DNA from: a virus
Direction: 5' to 3' (one strand)
DNA length: 64,000 nucleotides
IMG/VR virus record: IMGVR_UViG_3300028837_002886
Coordinates: 32,001 to 96,000 of that record
Below are positions 58,319-64,000 of this stretch, piece by piece; the first letter of the stretch is position 1, and each line of letters opens with the position of its first letter. The position numbers were made by a program, and so were the translations under genes. The notes below the pieces were generated by a model. It had not been told where the DNA came from, did not search any database, and saw only the letters and a program-made list of their open reading frames with translations.

Positions 58319-58960
58319 ATGAAGAAACTACTTTTAGTGTTGTTGTGCTTATTCGTAGCATTTCCGCTGTTCGCGTGGAATACGGCTGAGTACAATAACC
58401 CAACTCTTGAAGAATACAGCTGGTATGTGCGCGAGTTGCCGATGCACTCTATACTATTCAAAGATGGTGAGCAGACAGAAAAATACTATACTGAATATTG
58501 CTTGTTTTTTGGAAACGAGCTAGCGGAGAAAATCAACCATGATATGAGCGCAAGCGGTTTGCTGCTGGCGATATATATGTTTAAACCAGCCGATAGAGAA
58601 GAACGAGAAGATTATCCACTAGGCTGGCAGATCGAGTTAATCGATAACTCTAGAGGCATATATTATATGTGGCCAGCGCTGGCAAAAGATATCTGGCCGA
58701 AACTACCAGACATCATGAAACACACTCTTAAAGCGCTTGGTGCGAGAACTCCTGGTTTAATGATGATATATTTTACGCCGTATACAAACACTGTTTCTGT
58801 TTTCTATAAGGAAAGTTACTCCGAAAATGAGAATTTTTACAAAGCTAAGTTAAGAAAGCTTCAGTTTTACTTCGATAAATTGGAAAATTTTGAAAAGGAA
58901 GTTAAAAATCCATGGCAGGGCGCTCCAGTTTGGTTAAATCCTCCAGAAGAGATTGAATAA
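58319..58960 (+). CDS. Exported protein with signal peptide
   Basis: MKKLLLVLLCLFVAFPLFA-W; GGAGG RBS. Confidence 0.75.
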   Translation: MKKLLLVLLCLFVAFPLFAWNTAEYNNPTLEEYSWYVRELPMHSILFKDGEQTEKYYTEYCLFFGNELAEKINHDMSASGLLLAIYMFKPADREEREDYPLGWQIELIDNSRGIYYMWPALAKDIWPKLPDIMKHTLKALGARTPGLMMIYFTPYTNTVSVFYKESYSENENFYKAKLRKLQFYFDKLENFEKEVKNPWQGAPVWLNPPEEIE

Positions 58961-59295
58961 TGGCTTTGGCTAAGTTCGGCGAATGGTACGAAGATGAGGC
59001 TATGTCATCAGGCACCAATATTGCCGTCCTTGTGTTTCCAGTTTCAGTCACAGGTCGACCTGAAGATTGGCACGGAGTAGAAGCGTGGTTCGACGTCGTA
59101 GATGGTCGCGTCAAGAACGTTCTTCCTAAAATAGTTCGCGGTTTTAGGCATCCGCGGAAGTGGGCAACAGAGGACATGAATCGACTTCCTGTCGAGTTGG
59201 AAAAACAAGTCATGAAAGCGTTGGGCGGTTGGGTAGGATTGAAAAAAATGATAACAGGCTGGATATTTAGCTATGAAATTGAAGAGAATCCTTGA
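58960..59295 (+). CDS. Hypothetical protein
   Basis: Ends KKMITGWIFSYE... Confidence 0.65.
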   Translation: MALAKFGEWYEDEAMSSGTNIAVLVFPVSVTGRPEDWHGVEAWFDVVDGRVKNVLPKIVRGFRHPRKWATEDMNRLPVELEKQVMKALGGWVGLKKMITGWIFSYEIEENP

Positions 59296-59479
59296 AGAAA
59301 GTGATTTTAAAGTGGGAGATATTATATTAATAGGCAAGTTCAAAAATAAAAGGGCAGAAGTAAAGGGTTTCGGTAAAGACAAAAACAATCAACCCACCGT
59401 TAAGACAAACAAGGGCGAGAGATCGTTGTATAGATTTCGTATCCAAAAACTTATGCCAAAAAAGAAGAAAAAAGATTAA
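59273..59479 (+). CDS. Small basic SH3/KOW-like protein with CTS-like leader
   Basis: MKLKRILEE-SDFKVGDIILIGKFKNK. Confidence 0.7.
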   Translation: MKLKRILEESDFKVGDIILIGKFKNKRAEVKGFGKDKNNQPTVKTNKGERSLYRFRIQKLMPKKKKKD

Positions 59480-59655
59480 ATGGAATACGGCAAACTTGCG
59501 AGGCGATTAGAAAAGAACACCGGAGCTTATGTTAGTCCCAGCCAGGTAAAAAGATATTTAGATAGTCATACGGAACTCAAGAACAAAAATTATCAGGACA
59601 CATACAGAGCCCTTCACAGATACTTTTTGAAATTTGCCGATGAGCTGGAGCAATA

Positions 59656-59970
59656 ATGGCCAGAGACGATAAGATAGAACTAGCCAAGAAAGTAATAGGC
59701 ATCAAAAAAGAAATAGATGAAGTCAAACGCGAGGGCCACGAGGAAAGACGCAAACTCGCTAACAAAATACATAGATTATTCAAGGAAATACGCTACGTAT
59801 ATTCCAAAAATCAGAAAGACATACTGTTGCTCCAGCGCAGACAGACTGACACTGAGAAGTATCTGAAAAAGATTAAAAAGTACGCCGACTGGGCCATAAG
59901 ACTGATTATAGGCATCTTGCTCACAACTATAATCGGTGTGTTCCTTAATATAATAATCAAGGCGTTCTAG
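59656..59970 (+). CDS. Coiled-coil protein with C-terminal TM (XhlA/holin-like)
   Basis: WAIRLIIGILLTTIIGVFL. Confidence 0.55.
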   Translation: MARDDKIELAKKVIGIKKEIDEVKREGHEERRKLANKIHRLFKEIRYVYSKNQKDILLLQRRQTDTEKYLKKIKKYADWAIRLIIGILLTTIIGVFLNIIIKAF

Positions 59971-59979
59971 GAGTATTTA

Positions 59980-60330
59980 ATGAGGCTTAATGAGGTGATA
60001 GGGAGAAAAACACAAGTTGATCCGTATCTCAAACAAAGAGCGTTTATTGTAGATAAAAAAAGAAAACTATTGGTAGGTATAGCTCCCGAGATACACCTGA
60101 AGCAGTATATGACAGAAGCTATAGGGATGAAGTGGTTCGCTGATTATGCTGGTAAAGTAATAGTAGCTGAAACTCTAGAGGGTTTATTTAGAAAACTCAT
60201 GGATATCGGCGTCATTAGTTTTGTGCCGATGATAGATTGGCCAAGAGCAGAAAAAGGAGCCAAGGCCACGGTGGCGTTAACGAGTGAACCGTATAAGTCA
60301 ATCGAAAAATTTGTTATGGTTCGCAGCTAA
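59980..60330 (+). CDS. Hypothetical protein
   Basis: MRLNE leader; GGAG RBS. Confidence 0.65.
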   Translation: MRLNEVIGRKTQVDPYLKQRAFIVDKKRKLLVGIAPEIHLKQYMTEAIGMKWFADYAGKVIVAETLEGLFRKLMDIGVISFVPMIDWPRAEKGAKATVALTSEPYKSIEKFVMVRS

Positions 60331-60371
60331 AAGAGCCAATTTGCCAGGTCATTTGGTTTTTATCACCTGTT

Positions 60372-63119
60372 TTATTGTTGTCTCTTTACTGGTGCCCATC
60401 CGGCTGCTATCATTTCTTCAGGTTTGGTTACATAAGGGTTGATTCGTATAACGTTGCCTAATGGAAGTTGATGCTTAATGGGTACGCTTCCTTCGTGAGC
60501 TATTTTCTCCCACCATTGCACATTAATGTGATCAACCGAAAGAAGACGTTTGGCTATCATAGTCCTAGGTTTCAATTTCACTTACAATCCTTACTACAAT
60601 CAAATTAAAGCACTCGTCGTTCTTTTTCAAGAGCTTTGAGAAAAAGGATGGTTTGCGCAGCAAAACCGCGCAATGCTTTTGGTAATCCTCTTTTGTCTCT
60701 TCTGTTATAACCTCATCCTCGCAGAGCTGGTCCAGCAGTATATTTTTGACTTTTTGGAACTCTTCTTCCAACGCGCTTCTTGTCATATTAAACATGTTTA
60801 TTGTTCCCATAATTACTCCTCTTTCAAATCGTCTCTGGCTGAGTTTTTGCTATTCTTGTTGGTAAAATTTTCTTGTTTGAGACTTTGAATTATTCGATAA
60901 TACTTGTAGGTTTCGTCAATAACCTCTGCGCGCACGACACCGAGCCAATGTTTATATTGTTTTTTATAATCTTCTTCGTCTTCTATGGTAACAGGAATGG
61001 CAATACCACCCTGAACTTTAACACTTTCAAAGTCATCCACGTTTTTTGTGAGTTGAAAATTAACAGTTAGAGTTATTTCCTTAGACATATTATTCCCTTT
61101 TGATTTATATATGCTATCACATCCAAACATAAGCGCGTAATAATTAGCGCAGTCGCTGCCCCGGCCACTAACTGAAGAGCGAAAATGTCAGGAGTATTGT
61201 TGAATAAAACAAACGCACCAACGACAAAAGCTATTTTTGAAACCAAACCAAAAAGAGTCATTTTACTAGTTTTCCTTTTGCGATTGCTCGTTTTCTTTGA
61301 GGGGTGTTCTTGCCGAATATATAACCATACATATCTATGCCGCGGGCCCAATCAGCATATAGAGCCGCCCTGTCTTTCGCATCTATTTCTATTTCAGGGC
61401 AGTTTTCTGAAGTATTCTCGTACTTCCACCCCATACGTGCTGGACTTGCTTGACCGCCATCAATGAATAAATTACCACATGAACAGTAATGAAAATCATG
61501 GATTGCGCGACTGTATATAATATCGCCGCATAAAGTGCATTTTATACCGCTCACTATCATATTAAAAGCTCCTTGGCGTGTTTCTTTTTTATTAAAGGAT
61601 CTATTATTTCGTATATACTTGAGTTGCGGTTTGATAAGCGCGAAATCTCTGCTACTAATATCTATTTTCTTCAGTTTCATCCTTGTTGCTCTCGCGCAGT
61701 ATAAAGACTGCTTTTTTGGAGTTGAGCTTCTTTATAAGTTTTTCGTTTTCCACCAACTCGAGACACCGAAAACTTGGGAGCCTTTCCCAATGTTGTCTTT
61801 GGAACTTGCCGGTCTTTTTCTTATAGGCAATCATCATCATGCCTTTGTAGTGTAGTTCTTGGGCATACAAGTATATCTCGTCCTTGCGGTCAAGAGGCCA
61901 GGCCTTCATGAACCATTTACCCAAAAGAGAGTTGAGCATTATTTCATTTGCCGTCATATAATAGATACCTCTTCGCGTATTCTCGTTTTGTCAAAGGTCT
62001 TGTTTCGTTTCTTGTAAGAGCCCTGAATGTGCTAGCCTTCCACCAGCTATGCTTACTTTCGCAATGGTCTCTCGACATATAGCTATCCATTCTGACAAAA
62101 TACATAATCCTACCAGCGTTGGTCTTTCTGTGTCTTAGCACGGTATAGAATTTGCCATTGTCGTTCCATGTTTTATCGGACCACCTGAAATCTTGGCCTG
62201 CGTATACACTACCAACCTTTATTTTTCGTGACATCCAACACCTTCTTTACCAACTTGACTGTGCGAATGGCTTTGTTTTTATCGCTGACATCAGGAGGCA
62301 AATTCGTTATAGCCTCCATAACCAAGTCAAACATCTCCATTAATTTTTTCGGAGTCCATTCTTCCGTCGGCTCTGTAGGATTTAACAGTCTTTTAGCTCG
62401 TTCGGTTCTTTCTTTTGCCATTCGTAACATTCCTTATACAGCCTCTTATGTATTTTATCGACTTCTTTTCGACACGATTCATACGTTTTGTTTTGCCACG
62501 TTTCACACTCTTTTTTCATGGCTTCAATCTCCGCGGCCGTTGTCCTCTGCGGTTTTTCCAGTGGAGGATTTAATAAGGCTTTTGCTTTTTTTGTTTTTGG
62601 TTTGGCCATATGTAATCAACTACCTCTCGTTTAGTCATCTTTCTCATCGTGGTGTTGCCACAACTCCAGGTTATCATCAAGATACTCTTCAAGGTTAATC
62701 TTGATACGATGTGGTGTTTTCCACATTTCCCAATTTTCTCTTTCTTGATCAAGTGGTTGTCGCGACCGTATGATCTCGCCCCACATTTCTTCCACTTCGC
62801 TGGCTGTTTTCTCTGGCGGGTTCAAAAGGTCTTTAGCTCTTTTTGTTTTCTCTTTTGGCATGACGTCTTATCTCTTTTATAATGTTATTGTCGAACTCAT
62901 GGGCCATTTCTTCAGATACAATACGCCGTAGTAATTCTTCGACAGACGGCGGATTGAGAAGCTCTCTGGCTTTTTTTGCTTTTTCTGTCAATTGCTATTA
63001 TCAACCAGCGAGATATCGTTTGTGTATTCAACAGTTACATAATCTTCTGCTTTGGCAACACCAGCAATTATGATCAGAAACACAATAGTCACAACTATAA
63101 AAATCCAAGCCTTTTTCAT
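60372..63119 (-). CDS. Operon of about 12 small overlapping genes, most with AKxLL-type motifs; includes a Zn-finger gene (61258-61680) and four AKxLLNP genes (62209-62430, 62382-62609, 62631-62861, 62833-62991)
   Basis: IAKRLLS, YAKRYLL, RAKRLLNP, KAKALLNPP, RAKDLLNPP, KARELLNPP; CTLCGD...HDFHYCSCG..IDGG. Confidence 0.65.
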
Positions 63120-63230
63120 AATATAGCCTCTTTATTTTCACCCTTATATATGTTATGACGTTTATTGTTTATAATAAGGGTGGACATATTTGAGTGTTAA
63201 TCTACAACCTTTCTGATCGTTTACAATATT

Positions 63231-63259
63231 AATATATCATACCTCATGAGTTCTGTAAA
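63231..63259 (-). promoter_or_regulatory. Sigma70-type promoter TTTACA-N17-(TGa)TATATT
   Basis: 17-bp spacer, intergenic. Confidence 0.7.
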
Positions 63260-63262
63260 GGG

Positions 63263-63463
63263 TTATTTTGTTTCGGGGAGGGGGCACCACTCTGGTATTT
63301 CCAAAGATTCTTCTAACCTCAGATCTTTTTCCGAACGTTTTATTTGACGGGATTTTACGGAGCAAACGTAGCCACTATTCCAGTAACAATCATGAACATC
63401 CTCGAACTCAAGACATGGGCACTCGTTACAATAGTTGATCTCATATTTGAGTTCTCGGCACAT
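63263..63463 (-). CDS. Small Cys-rich protein
   Basis: CNECP...C...IPEWCPL. Confidence 0.7.
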   Translation of the reverse strand: MCRELKYEINYCNECPCLEFEDVHDCYWNSGYVCSVKSRQIKRSEKDLRLEESLEIPEWCPLPETK

Positions 63464-63504
63464 GATAGTTCTCTGCGTGAATTGGTAGAACTATCTTGTC
63501 TCGA

Positions 63505-63792
63505 TTATGATTTCAGATAAGCTTTGATTATACTATTACCAAGTTTTTTTAGGTTCTTTTTCAGATCTTTAATGTGACATATTTTTTGTTTATCCAAGAA
63601 CACTTCGTCGTTAGCGACCACAATGTCACCTCTGTATATGGCATCAACTCTATCTCTCGGCGGAGGGGTTTGCCAAGTTTTTCTTTTCCTCTGGCTCAAA
63701 GTTGTCGCAGAGTCTTTTATTCCGAAGTCCGGTTTTATAGGTCCCATTTTTCTCCTCTTTTTATTTAGTCCTGGTGCAAATTCAGGTCCCAT
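63505..63792 (-). CDS. Hypothetical protein
   Basis: Ends IIKAYLKS. Confidence 0.55.
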   Translation of the reverse strand: MGPEFAPGLNKKRRKMGPIKPDFGIKDSATTLSQRKRKTWQTPPPRDRVDAIYRGDIVVANDEVFLDKQKICHIKDLKKNLKKLGNSIIKAYLKS

Positions 63793-64000
63793 TTCCTTCT
63801 CTCAACATTAGTTTTGCCAACTCGCGCTTTGATAAGTCTATGCCACCTGTCAAAGCTACATTTACGTATCTGCCACGAATGAACGCTCCCATTACGGGTT
63901 CCTTGAAAAGTTTATCCTCACAGCTATCAAAACTCACCTGAAACAGCAACATTCCGTTTCTACGAATGAAGTTATATTTATTAGGATCTCTACTCACCAA
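63782..64000 (-). CDS. Hypothetical protein (5' partial), C-terminal AKLML
   Basis: LSKRELAKLMLRE. Confidence 0.55.
   Translation of the reverse strand: MVSRDPNKYNFIRRNGMLLFQVSFDSCEDKLFKEPVMGAFIRGRYVNVALTGGIDLSKRELAKLMLREGNGT

Noticed and set aside
1-64000. Stop-codon reassignment and tRNA genes
   Set aside because: Known enzymes are full length in the standard code with TAA, TAG and TGA all used as stops; no cloverleaf found in the few intergenic gaps (read by eye only).

Overview
The window is part of a large, probably T4-like/jumbo tailed phage genome. It uses the standard genetic code, is densely packed and is almost entirely on the minus strand. I found no tRNA, rRNA or CRISPR array. 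It holds virion genes (tape measure protein running off the left edge, baseplate-hub-like protein, T4 gp2-like DNA end protector, LamG protein) and DNA/RNA enzymes (N4/N6 methyltransferase, two PD-(D/E)XK nucleases, two HNH endonucleases, UvsW-like helicase, a long eukaryote/archaea-type topoisomerase IB, CCA-adding enzyme, RNA-ligase-like protein, DEDDh exonuclease, NUDIX, nucleotidase). Host-derived genes include yejB/E/F peptide ABC transporter subunits, an M24 peptidase, a lysine-ketoglutarate-reductase-like enzyme and a KdsB-like protein. There are two MoxR AAA+/VWA/HExxH systems and a probable Csx15 homologue. The most striking pattern read from the sequence is a possible peptide-tag system. 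About 25 otherwise unrelated small proteins behind sigma70-type TTTACA-N17-TATAAT promoters carry a terminal AKxLL motif. Proteins behind a different AAGATAA upstream motif instead carry a C-terminal K-x-x-h-h-x-x-h-h helix (h = hydrophobic) or an N-terminal T4 CTS-like leader ending in Glu. Two single-gene insertions flanked by direct repeats show how the gene arrays may grow. All family assignments come from motif recognition, not database searches.
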